From Desulfurococcaceae archaeon (GTDB lineage: Archaea > Thermoproteota > Thermoprotei_A > Sulfolobales > Desulfurococcaceae): a stretch of DNA of 64,000 bases. The DNA lies in contig JAWBBW010000001.1 in NCBI GenBank assembly GCA_038824035.1, positions 32,001 through 96,000 on the forward strand, given 5' to 3'. The position numbers and the translations under genes were made by a program. A model generated the notes under the pieces. That model was not told the origin of the DNA. It did not search any database and worked only from the letters and a program-made list of their open reading frames with translations. This document shows, in pieces, positions 41,214-49,564 of this stretch (its first letter is position 1; each line of letters starts with the position of its first letter).

Positions 41214-42386
41214 TTATGCAATGCTGATGTATTGCATCGTGGATTCGCGGGATAAGCCGGCGAGGTATAATATATACGTCATTATGGCATTTGTCAATTT
41301 CTTAACCCTTTGATCCACTGCTATTATGCTTAAGGGGAGCAATGTACCCGCGTTGACGCTATCATAAGCTATAACCCCTATTACAAAGTCCTCGTCTATT
41401 CCCTTGTCTAAAACCTCGATCCTGTAAAACACATAATTACCCATGTTCATTGCTGGGAACAGCCTTCTGGGCATAGCTATATACCAGATCACCCTATTCA
41501 CGCCATATTCATGCCTATGCTTTATCAAGAAAGGCCCTATCACCAATGGCTCATATCTGGCTTCATTTCTCTGCATTATATACGAGGCTATGTATGCCTC
41601 GTCGTTTATTCTGCCACTGGCTAATCCCATCGGATCTAGTGTAGACAACAAGTAGCTTCTATGAAGCCTCTTGACCACGCCGATCACTAGTACTCGGTTT
41701 TCATGTAGCTTGTCTATCAACATTGCTCTTTCCTTGTTCACTTTTCTAAGGCTATTCATGTACAAGTGTTGCTTTTCATAGTCAGAACCGGGGAATTCCA
41801 ATGGCAATGGATATATCAATGGACCATCAATCAATAGAACTGAGCTAGCTTCTCCTCTTTTCTCCAAAAATATTTTCAAAAGGCTATTCTCGATCATCAG
41901 GCGAAGTTCTGTGAGCAAGATATTCCTATTATAACTAGGCGTGTATACCACGCCTTCTGGGTTTGAGCAAATGACATGGCTCGTTTTCTCACGTAGTTTT
42001 GAAATATCATAGCCCTCCACTTCTGGTATGATCACAATATGTCCGTGAGGGGGCTCTTCTAGCCCTAGAATGGAATTTATGCTAGGGATATCCATGCTCG
42101 CCCCAGTGAAGCGATTAAGCACGCTACCGGCCCCTATGCCTATGAAAACATATGGTGTTTCAAGCACCCTTGAACTGCTATCAAGTGCGTATAATTGATC
42201 TGTGAAGATGTCGCTAAACTGTCTATTAATCGTCTTTACGTATTTCTCATCCATGATGTCCACTTGTTGCGGGTTTGTGTATTCGACGAGCTCTACGTTG
42301 ATATTCGCGGCCTCATCTCTCTTCAACCTATGTCCTTCGATCACTCTATTCCGGAGATCCTCCATGATCTCTGCTATTGTTTTCAA
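41214..42386 (-). CDS. NurA-family nuclease (second paralogue)
   Basis: ALDSS, LIDGPL, GVVKR, YRIE, PLSIIAVD. Directly upstream of the HerA-like gene. Confidence 0.75.
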   Translation of the reverse strand: MKTIAEIMEDLRNRVIEGHRLKRDEAANINVELVEYTNPQQVDIMDEKYVKTINRQFSDIFTDQLYALDSSSRVLETPYVFIGIGAGSVLNRFTGASMDIPSINSILGLEEPPHGHIVIIPEVEGYDISKLREKTSHVICSNPEGVVYTPSYNRNILLTELRLMIENSLLKIFLEKRGEASSVLLIDGPLIYPLPLEFPGSDYEKQHLYMNSLRKVNKERAMLIDKLHENRVLVIGVVKRLHRSYLLSTLDPMGLASGRINDEAYIASYIMQRNEARYEPLVIGPFLIKHRHEYGVNRVIWYIAMPRRLFPAMNMGNYVFYRIEVLDKGIDEDFVIGVIAYDSVNAGTLLPLSIIAVDQRVKKLTNAIMTYILYLAGLSRESTMQYISIA

Positions 42387-42461
42387 GATTAACCCCTATC
42401 CACTTAGACAACTCTTAATTAGCCTACTAAATCTCTATACAATTTCAGGGGTGCTTATAAC

Positions 42462-43490
42462 ATGTCTACAAATGAGAAAAAGGTGTTGAAGGTATTTGTA
42501 ACCGGTGATTGGGACGCAGATGGCGTGATCGCGACTGCGCTGATAGTGTATGGGCAGGAGAAAATGGGTAAATACCCTTTCGAAGCCAATGCAATCGTCA
42601 CCAAGGTGCCATTAGACCCTGATAGGACCAAGTACTTCTTATCCGATTTCAGCGGAGGTTATGATGTGGTCGTTTTCCTGGACATACCGTATAACGAAAT
42701 ATTGGGCAATATCATGAAGATGTTGAAAGAACACTTCGGTGTAAGTAAAATAGTGTTCATAGACCACCACATAACCAGTTTACAGAGGATAGATGAGGTC
42801 AAAACACACGCCGACGAGGTGCTAGTTGATTATAAAAAACCGACCTCCATGCTGGTATACGAAGAGTTGGTCAAAAGAGGTATCACTGTTCACCAGAGAT
42901 TGAGGAGCTTTGTCGAAGTGGTTAAATACATGGATATGGGTAAAAGGGTTCCTAAGGAATACATGAAGTTATTCGAGATAACGAAAATGTTCTCCAAGGT
43001 GCTCACGGCGATCAGAGATGTCGAATTATGGGTCAAGATTGTGGATTGGCTCGCCTCCCCGACGCCTTTGCCAGTACCATTAGACGACGCGGTGTGGAAT
43101 AGGGTTAAAAAAGTGATCGAGGAACGGGATAAGGAGGTGGCTGAAAAAGCCATGGAGCTCGCAATAGGGGCTGTGAGAATAGGTGATTTCAGGTTTGTGG
43201 ATGCCAGGAATGCGTGGAAAAAACGAGGCGTCACGGCATTGGCATCTAAGTTGTCGACCATATTGAAAGCACCCGTGGCATTATTGGCTGGTACAAACCG
43301 AGATTATTCGTTATTGATATTGAAGGCCTCTTATGGCAGGGCTTATAGGATAGCGAAATATCTAGTAGGAGAAGGTGTGGCCTTGGATATAGCCGGGCAC
43401 CCTAATCTAGCTATTGTGAGGCTTCCAAAGGATATAAATAGGCAAGAGCTAATAGAGCACTTGTACAAGGCTGTTTACTACACATCCTGA
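42462..43490 (+). CDS. DHH family phosphoesterase
   Basis: DWDADG, FLD, IDHH, C-terminal AGHPNLA. Confidence 0.85.
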   Translation: MSTNEKKVLKVFVTGDWDADGVIATALIVYGQEKMGKYPFEANAIVTKVPLDPDRTKYFLSDFSGGYDVVVFLDIPYNEILGNIMKMLKEHFGVSKIVFIDHHITSLQRIDEVKTHADEVLVDYKKPTSMLVYEELVKRGITVHQRLRSFVEVVKYMDMGKRVPKEYMKLFEITKMFSKVLTAIRDVELWVKIVDWLASPTPLPVPLDDAVWNRVKKVIEERDKEVAEKAMELAIGAVRIGDFRFVDARNAWKKRGVTALASKLSTILKAPVALLAGTNRDYSLLILKASYGRAYRIAKYLVGEGVALDIAGHPNLAIVRLPKDINRQELIEHLYKAVYYTS

Positions 43491-43505
43491 TAAACAACCA
43501 TATAA

Positions 43506-44582
43506 ATGTCCGAGGAGTGGGACATGGCCAAGATATTGCTTGTGGAGAAGGCCAGCGAAATGCATAAACCCATGGATAACCACCCAGAGAACCATAAACG
43601 CATTGCAAGGATCGTGAGTTTGCTCCGTGAAAGGGGGGTCAGTTATAGCAATGTGCCACTCGTTGACCTAGACCAGTCGTTGATGCTTGCATATGAAATA
43701 CACGCGAAGGGATATATGGATTATTTGCTAAATGTCTCGAAAAATGCGCCCGTCTTGATAGATGAGGACACATATATATCAGAGGATAGTGTTGTCCTGG
43801 CTCTGAGCACCTTATATGTATCATATGAAACAGCTACATATATAAATGACGTGGTATTCTTGATCTCGAGACCTCCTGGCCATCACGCTGGTAGAAATGG
43901 CAAAGCCATGAACGCCCCTACTCAGGGTTTCTGCCTGTTAAACAATGCTGCGGCGGCTGTGTATGGTTTTAGAGAAAGGGGGTTCAAGGACATAGCTATA
44001 TTGGATTTCGATGCTCACCATGGGAATGGTACAATGGAGTTTTTCTACAAAGAGAGGGTTCTCCAAGTGGATTTACACCAAGACCCTAACACTCTTTATC
44101 CATATACGGGGTTCCCACATGAGATCGGTGAGGGCGCGGGACACGGTTTCAAGGCGAACTTAATATTGTTCCCAGGCATAGGCGATGACGTGTTCACAAC
44201 GATATTACGTGACGTGATCGCGCTACTAAAGGAGTATTCACCAGATGCAGTGGTTGTATCAGCTGGTTTCGATGGATTTAGGAATGATGGGTTGGCTGAT
44301 TTATCGCTCACAGAGATATCTTATAACAAACTAGGATATTACCTGGCCAAGCTCGGCGCCCCAGTGTTCATAGTGTTAGAGGGGGGTTACGGTATAGGTC
44401 TTGAGAAAGGACTTTTATCTTTTATCAAAGGCCTTAACGGCGTGGAGGAGGCACATGGCGAATACATGTACTCGGCTAGGTCCATATATAGGGAGAATAT
44501 TAAAATAGCGGGGACTGTTTTGAGAAAAGTGTCGGAGAAGGTATTAGGATATGACATATATGGGCGTCGAGAAAGAGATTAA
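43506..44582 (+). CDS. histone deacetylase / AcuC-family deacetylase
   Basis: HPE, RPPGHHAG, GFCLLNN, DFDAHHGNGT, SAGFD, LEGGY. Confidence 0.92.
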   Translation: MSEEWDMAKILLVEKASEMHKPMDNHPENHKRIARIVSLLRERGVSYSNVPLVDLDQSLMLAYEIHAKGYMDYLLNVSKNAPVLIDEDTYISEDSVVLALSTLYVSYETATYINDVVFLISRPPGHHAGRNGKAMNAPTQGFCLLNNAAAAVYGFRERGFKDIAILDFDAHHGNGTMEFFYKERVLQVDLHQDPNTLYPYTGFPHEIGEGAGHGFKANLILFPGIGDDVFTTILRDVIALLKEYSPDAVVVSAGFDGFRNDGLADLSLTEISYNKLGYYLAKLGAPVFIVLEGGYGIGLEKGLLSFIKGLNGVEEAHGEYMYSARSIYRENIKIAGTVLRKVSEKVLGYDIYGRRERD

Positions 44583-45108
44583 ACTAGAGATCCCAGGTGA
44601 TCCTGGTCAAGTAGAGGAATTATTGAGGACCAATGGCTTTAAATACGTGGATGAGTGCTTAGAAGTGGATACATACCATATCCATCCATGCAGAGACCTA
44701 GCGACCTCTGATGAAGCCTTCAGATTTAGGAGACACAGGTGTAATGTGAGCGAGAAATACATGGTGACATATAAGGGCCCGCGTCTATCCAGAGATGATG
44801 TTAAATCAAGACCTGAATTAGAGGCAGAGATGGATGAGAAGACATGGTATGTGCTGAGGGCCATCATGGAGAGGTTGGGGTTCAAGCCCTTGATCAGCAT
44901 TACAAAGAGGAGAAAGATCTACGTTACCGAGGGCCTTAAAGCGTATTTGGACGAGTTAATCGGGGTCGGGTTTTTCCTCGAAATAGAGACCATTGGAGAT
45001 AGAGGTATTGATAAGCTTCGAGAACTCCTCGTATTGTTGAAGCCTTTGACCAGGATTATACATGATACCTACTTAGAGATATGTCTTAAAACCAATAAAT
45101 GTATATGA
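44551..45108 (+). CDS. CYTH domain protein (class IV adenylate cyclase-like / triphosphate tunnel enzyme)
   Basis: EKEIK, DTY, TYKGP, KRR, FLEIE. Confidence 0.85.
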   Translation: MTYMGVEKEIKLEIPGDPGQVEELLRTNGFKYVDECLEVDTYHIHPCRDLATSDEAFRFRRHRCNVSEKYMVTYKGPRLSRDDVKSRPELEAEMDEKTWYVLRAIMERLGFKPLISITKRRKIYVTEGLKAYLDELIGVGFFLEIETIGDRGIDKLRELLVLLKPLTRIIHDTYLEICLKTNKCI

Positions 45109-45759
45109 ATGACTCCACTGAATATTGAAAACATGGTGATAGCCCTGAGCCAGGGGGTAAAAATAGTTGAACTTATTTATAGAAAGCTTGTAGATGAGCA
45201 AATAAGTAGAATGGATGAGATCAGGGATCCACATATCGTGTATGTAACAGACCTTGTCACATGTACACATAAATTCCACCTACGTAAATCATACCCAGAG
45301 TTGACAATTATCTTTGAGCCATCAGCTGTCCTGGGAACTCTCTTACACAAGGGATTAGAGGCGTTTCTTAGCGAGAAAGGCTTCGAGAGCGAGGTCGACA
45401 TAGAGTCGAGGATCGTGGTTGATGGCAATGAGTACTTGTTGAAAGGGAGAGTCGATGCATTGAATAAGGGGGAGAGAGTTGTGGTTGAGATAAAGACAGC
45501 GAGAATTGCCAAAAATCTCCCGCGAGAACACCATATCAAGCAATTGAACATATATCTAAACATGATCGGCTATGACCGCGGGGTATTAATATATTTCACT
45601 CCTAATAGAATAGTTGAACACCCTGTGTCAAGGGAATTCGTGGATCTCGAGCACTTAGTGAGAGAAGTGGTGTATGATACCAGGCATCCTAGATATGAAT
45701 GGGAATGCAATTACTGTGTATTCAGAAAACTCTGCATATATGTAACCACATCGAAATGA
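45109..45759 (+). CDS. cas4: solo Cas4 family exonuclease
   Basis: One N-terminal Cys plus CNYC...C [4Fe-4S] ligands, GTLLH, GRVD, EIK, QLNIY. No cas1/cas2 or array in the window. Confidence 0.88.
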   Translation: MTPLNIENMVIALSQGVKIVELIYRKLVDEQISRMDEIRDPHIVYVTDLVTCTHKFHLRKSYPELTIIFEPSAVLGTLLHKGLEAFLSEKGFESEVDIESRIVVDGNEYLLKGRVDALNKGERVVVEIKTARIAKNLPREHHIKQLNIYLNMIGYDRGVLIYFTPNRIVEHPVSREFVDLEHLVREVVYDTRHPRYEWECNYCVFRKLCIYVTTSK

Positions 45760-45821
45760 TCCGATAGCTTGATCTATTTAATCGTAGTTGTTAAATAACC
45801 CGGTATATATACATATATCCC

Positions 45822-45878
45822 AACGATGATGAGCGCTCGGGTTGGCAGATCAGTGAAGATGGTTTTGAGTACTGATAA
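45822..45878 (+). ncRNA. box C/D sRNA
   Basis: C ATGATGA (45826-32), guide GCGCTCGGGTTGG, D' CAGA, C' GTGAAGA, guide TGGTTTTGAGTA, D CTGA (45872-75). TATA-like TTAAATAA at 45791. Confidence 0.8.
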
Positions 45879-45991
45879 CAGAGTTAGGTTACGTGTTCAA
45901 TATGTGGTCTCTTTGAAAAGTGGTTATAAGGGTGTTGTTTATCACAGATAACCATATTAAAAGAGGATACAAGCCAAGGTGATTAGTTTTT

Positions 45992-47356
45992 ATGCAGAGA
46001 TTTGTATTCGGCATAGAGGATCTCGACAAGTTATTGGGAACAGCACTGGTTGAAAACACATTGATGGTCATAGCCGGGCATCCAGGTTCTGGGAAAACCT
46101 CGTTGGCATCTACTATTTGCTACAACAATGCGTTGATGGGTGTAAAATGCCTTTACATATCCTCACAGGAGGATCGGGACAAGCTATATAGGAACATGAA
46201 AAAACTGGGAATAGATCTCGAGGAGATCGAGAAAAGGAATTGTTTTAAATTCATCAAACTACCGATCACAGTTACCGAGGAAGGCGTTGAAAAGATGTTC
46301 ATGGATGCTGTGAACAAGTATGTAATCGAATTTAAGCCACAGGTAATCGTAATAGATTCGGCAACGCCTTTTCTAAAGGCCATGGGAGCCGGGATCAAGG
46401 CCAGAGCTATATTGCAGAATTTCTTCACCGAGTTACCCAGGGTAGCGAATGGATTGGTGATATTGATAGCTGAAATACCGCTCTCGGAGAACAGAGTGGA
46501 ATTAGGTGATATAGAGTTCGTCGCCGATTTTGTGGTGATACTCAAACACAAGGTTGAAAGAGGCCTTATCACCCGGCTCATGGAGATCAGGAAAGTGAGG
46601 GGGTCTCCTTTAACTATGGCTGAAATACCATTCTCGATCAGGGAGAATGAGGGCATCTCGGTATTCATATCTCCTGTCCTCGGGGAGATACATGAGAGCT
46701 TGAAGCAATTGAAAATACCATGTGAAAAACTGGTGAAAGCTCTCAATTATCTGTATAAAGGAGATGTAATATATCTTGAATATCCGGCTCATCATAGGCA
46801 TCACCGAACGGCCATTCTAATACCATTGATATCGCTTGTGAACGACATGAAAATCCTCTTCATCAGTTACAAGTACTCACCTTTAATCCTTAGAACATTG
46901 TTTGAGAGCATTATTACCAATGCCGGTAACGTGGATTTAAAGAACAAGTTCCTAGGCAACGTTGTGTTCAAGGGCATAAATCCATTCGCGTACAGCGTGG
47001 TTGAGATCAATTCACTGGAGAATAAAATAGTTGAAGATGTTAAACCAGATATGGTGGTGTTTCACGGGGTTGAAATACCGATGAGTATTTACAAGCTGAG
47101 CACATATGTACCGCATTTGTATAATCAACTACTGATCTTCAAGAACAAGGGGATCTTGGCAGCTAGGTATGCGTCATTTATAAATAACGAGATATCGTCT
47201 ATAAATGCTTCACTCGCCGATGTTGTCTTCAAGGTAATAACGGAGCTCTCGGGGATGAGCCTGAAGACATATATCTATGCGTGGAGAAGGGGGTTTGACC
47301 CTGTTGTCCTGGCTCCAATGGATATCAAGGAGTGCATAGATCAGATCACCGGTTAG
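45992..47356 (+). CDS. KaiC/RecA-superfamily ATPase, two domains, second domain degenerate
   Basis: FGIEDLDKLL, AGHPGSGKT, IVIDS, FVADFVV, IRKVRGS. The C-terminal repeat lacks a Walker A lysine. Confidence 0.85.
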   Translation: MQRFVFGIEDLDKLLGTALVENTLMVIAGHPGSGKTSLASTICYNNALMGVKCLYISSQEDRDKLYRNMKKLGIDLEEIEKRNCFKFIKLPITVTEEGVEKMFMDAVNKYVIEFKPQVIVIDSATPFLKAMGAGIKARAILQNFFTELPRVANGLVILIAEIPLSENRVELGDIEFVADFVVILKHKVERGLITRLMEIRKVRGSPLTMAEIPFSIRENEGISVFISPVLGEIHESLKQLKIPCEKLVKALNYLYKGDVIYLEYPAHHRHHRTAILIPLISLVNDMKILFISYKYSPLILRTLFESIITNAGNVDLKNKFLGNVVFKGINPFAYSVVEINSLENKIVEDVKPDMVVFHGVEIPMSIYKLSTYVPHLYNQLLIFKNKGILAARYASFINNEISSINASLADVVFKVITELSGMSLKTYIYAWRRGFDPVVLAPMDIKECIDQITG

Positions 47357-48179
47357 TTCTCGCGTTTTTGTTTAAAGGCTGTCTACGAATAACTATTTCC
47401 TCCCCTTTCTCAACCATCAATCTACGTGCCGCATCTCCCATGTTTTCACCTATTTCTAGAAAACCCCATGAGTTTATATAACAGGCCAATGCCCCTTTCG
47501 GAACCATGCTGAAACTCCTCTCGAAGATACATATGTCTTCTGATCTACGCGTCTTAATGGCCAGTGGGGTATCATACGCTATGTTAAGCTCGTTCACTAA
47601 TTGCTCATCGATGTTTGTCATAATATTTCCATATACATCGATCAAAACGACCGTTCCACGTAATTCGTCGTCTTTCACACTGGGCTTCTCTATCTTGATC
47701 TTATTCACAATCGCATAATCAATCTCCACGCCTATCTCCTCTAGTGGAACATCCTTACTCACCCACGCCGCGACAGGTGCGAACAGGTCTCTCCCATGGA
47801 ATGTCGAGGACATTTTGCCAAGTCTATATCTAGTGTTCGAGATATCGAAAACGCGTTTAACTCTATCAGCCTCGGCCAGCAATGTTAGACAACCATTATC
47901 AGGTCCTATTAAGATGTAATTGGAGGTCTCGATCAATAGTGCCCTCCTCGCGCTACCCACGCCTGGGTCCACTACTACTACGAATATAGTCCCTCTTTGG
48001 AAATACTTGGCTGAAATAGCCAATGTCAACGCGGCTTCGAGGATATCGTGCCTGGTTATGCCATGTGTCAGGTCAATTATATCGACATCTGGGTTAATCG
48101 ACTTTATAACAGCCTTCATGACGCCGACATATGGGTCTTTGTACCCGAAATCGGTTATAAGGGCTATGAGCCTCTTCAT
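47346..48179 (-). CDS. SAM hydroxide adenosyltransferase (DUF62)
   Basis: ITDFG, VVDPGVGSAR, GPDNG, STFHGRDLFAP, DVYGN, INSWGFLEI. Confidence 0.92.
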   Translation of the reverse strand: MKRLIALITDFGYKDPYVGVMKAVIKSINPDVDIIDLTHGITRHDILEAALTLAISAKYFQRGTIFVVVVDPGVGSARRALLIETSNYILIGPDNGCLTLLAEADRVKRVFDISNTRYRLGKMSSTFHGRDLFAPVAAWVSKDVPLEEIGVEIDYAIVNKIKIEKPSVKDDELRGTVVLIDVYGNIMTNIDEQLVNELNIAYDTPLAIKTRRSEDICIFERSFSMVPKGALACYINSWGFLEIGENMGDAARRLMVEKGEEIVIRRQPLNKNARTNR

Positions 48180-48231
48180 GTGAAACCCCTGTTGTAAAGA
48201 TATAAATCGTCTCTAGGTCTTATTTTAAATC

Positions 48232-48294
48232 AGCCGGGGATGGGTACGACGGGCGGCCTGAGAAGTGATGACCCATTGTAGCCACTACCCGGCT
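48232..48294 (+). ncRNA. box C/D-type guide sRNA against 16S rRNA
   Basis: 7-bp terminal stem AGCCGGG/CCCGGCT. Guide CGACGGGCGG before CTGA (48258-61), then GTGATGA (48265-71), then guide CCATTGTAGCC. Both guides complement conserved 16S segments as recalled. Confidence 0.75.
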
Positions 48295-48390
48295 ATATCT
48301 AATTCACCACAATTCACTGGCCTTTGCGACATCGATCACAGGTCTATAAACTTAAAACCACATATCTATATAGAGATACAAGGAATTGTG

Positions 48391-48444
48391 CCCGATGAAT
48401 TGCAGCGGATATACTGAAAACGTGATGACGTCTCTCAATGAGGG
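48391..48444 (+). ncRNA. candidate box C/D sRNA
   Basis: CCC stem, C-like ATGAATT, guide GCAGCGGATATA, D' CTGA (48414-17), C' GTGATGA (48422-28), guide CGTCTCTCA, D-like ATGA, GGG. Confidence 0.55.
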
Positions 48445-48452
48445 GTTATGAA

Positions 48453-49346
48453 ATGGTAATCGAGCAGGTCAAGATATTATTCAACAACACGTGGTATCTA
48501 GAGCCAGGTGGTTTTAGAAAGGGATTTATATTTGTAGATGGCCTATTTGTCAAATCAACTGGGGCTGAGCCAGAGCCGGAATACGAGTTCTCCGAGTTGT
48601 CATATGATCTTGGTGGATATGGCGTTGTCGTACACGGCTATTCCATGATCATAGATACATTGGAGTATTTCCTCAAAGGATTCAGGGACTACTCTATTTT
48701 CACTAAACAAGAGTTAAAGAAAATCATGGAAGCATCCCTCCTTCGATCATATGTCAGCGGTGTCACATTGCCCATTGTGGAAACACCGTTTGTGGACTTG
48801 GTAATGGATATAGCGAGGGAATATTCGTTCAGGATAGGGGTGATTGTGAGACACGATGACCGCTATGATTTCATGGATAAGAACATCTTATTCATAGTGA
48901 AGAAAAATGACAACCTGTACAGCAATGACAAGGTGATTACACAGGCCAATAGCGTATGTAAACCCGAGGATGTCAGCCCTGATTGCAATATAATAGATGC
49001 CAGGGGGTATGGCGCCTTATTTACAGGGATAGAGATAGTCTTCAAGAGGTTGAGAAACCCATTGTTGGCGTACAGGTTGCTTACAAACCCCTATAGATTA
49101 CTCAGCGTAGACGATGGCTTCGTTCAATCAGGCGCTTTAGCTGATCTATTGGTATATGACTTGAAAGACCCGTTGAAATCACTGCCGCTTTCGGACCCTG
49201 AGCAATGCTATGAGGTGTTGTCTAGGACGAGTACACCCGATATAGTTGTCGTGAATGGTAATGTTGTTTACGAGCGCGGGGAAAACCTAGTATTCACGTT
49301 GAGCAAGTTACACGAGATCGTTGGAAAGGCGGTCAAGAGTAAGTAA
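48453..49346 (+). CDS. amidohydrolase-like protein, degenerate
   Basis: YDLGGYGVVVHG and G...GALADLLVYD...VVVNGNVVY beta-sandwich motifs. No HxH metal motif. Confidence 0.65.
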   Translation: MVIEQVKILFNNTWYLEPGGFRKGFIFVDGLFVKSTGAEPEPEYEFSELSYDLGGYGVVVHGYSMIIDTLEYFLKGFRDYSIFTKQELKKIMEASLLRSYVSGVTLPIVETPFVDLVMDIAREYSFRIGVIVRHDDRYDFMDKNILFIVKKNDNLYSNDKVITQANSVCKPEDVSPDCNIIDARGYGALFTGIEIVFKRLRNPLLAYRLLTNPYRLLSVDDGFVQSGALADLLVYDLKDPLKSLPLSDPEQCYEVLSRTSTPDIVVVNGNVVYERGENLVFTLSKLHEIVGKAVKSK

Positions 49347-49353
49347 CTGGTAA

Positions 49354-49444
49354 TGGGCCCGGGGGGATTCGAACCCCCGACCTCCCGGTCTCTGACCTTT
49401 ATCAGTTATCAGCCGGGCGCTCCACCAAGCTGAGCTACGGGCCC
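49354..49444 (-). tRNA. tRNA-Ile(GAT) with a 17-nt intron at 37/38 (49390-49406)
   Basis: GGGCCCG stem, CCCGG-CTGATA^intron^A-CCGGG. A bulge-helix-bulge forms (CUGA/UCAG helix, bulges UAA and AGA). Confidence 0.95.
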
Positions 49445-49564
49445 ATGACCCATACCATAATAAATTATCCCAGCTTAAAAATATTCATCCGCTGATCAGC
49501 GTTTTTATTCGAATAGCTTTGCTTTTAATCTCAGCTCATCTATATCAATATATCGTGGTTACAT

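Noticed and set aside
45109-45991. CRISPR-Cas locus around cas4
   Set aside because: No repeat-spacer array and no cas1, cas2 or effector genes anywhere in the window.
46153-46746. 197-aa antisense ORF, and the many similar Ser/Leu/Ile-rich shadow ORFs
   Set aside because: They are antisense to well-supported genes, have typical shadow-frame composition and carry no motifs.
49390-49406. tRNA-Ile intron as a novelty
   Set aside because: It is a canonical 37/38 BHB intron, common in crenarchaea.
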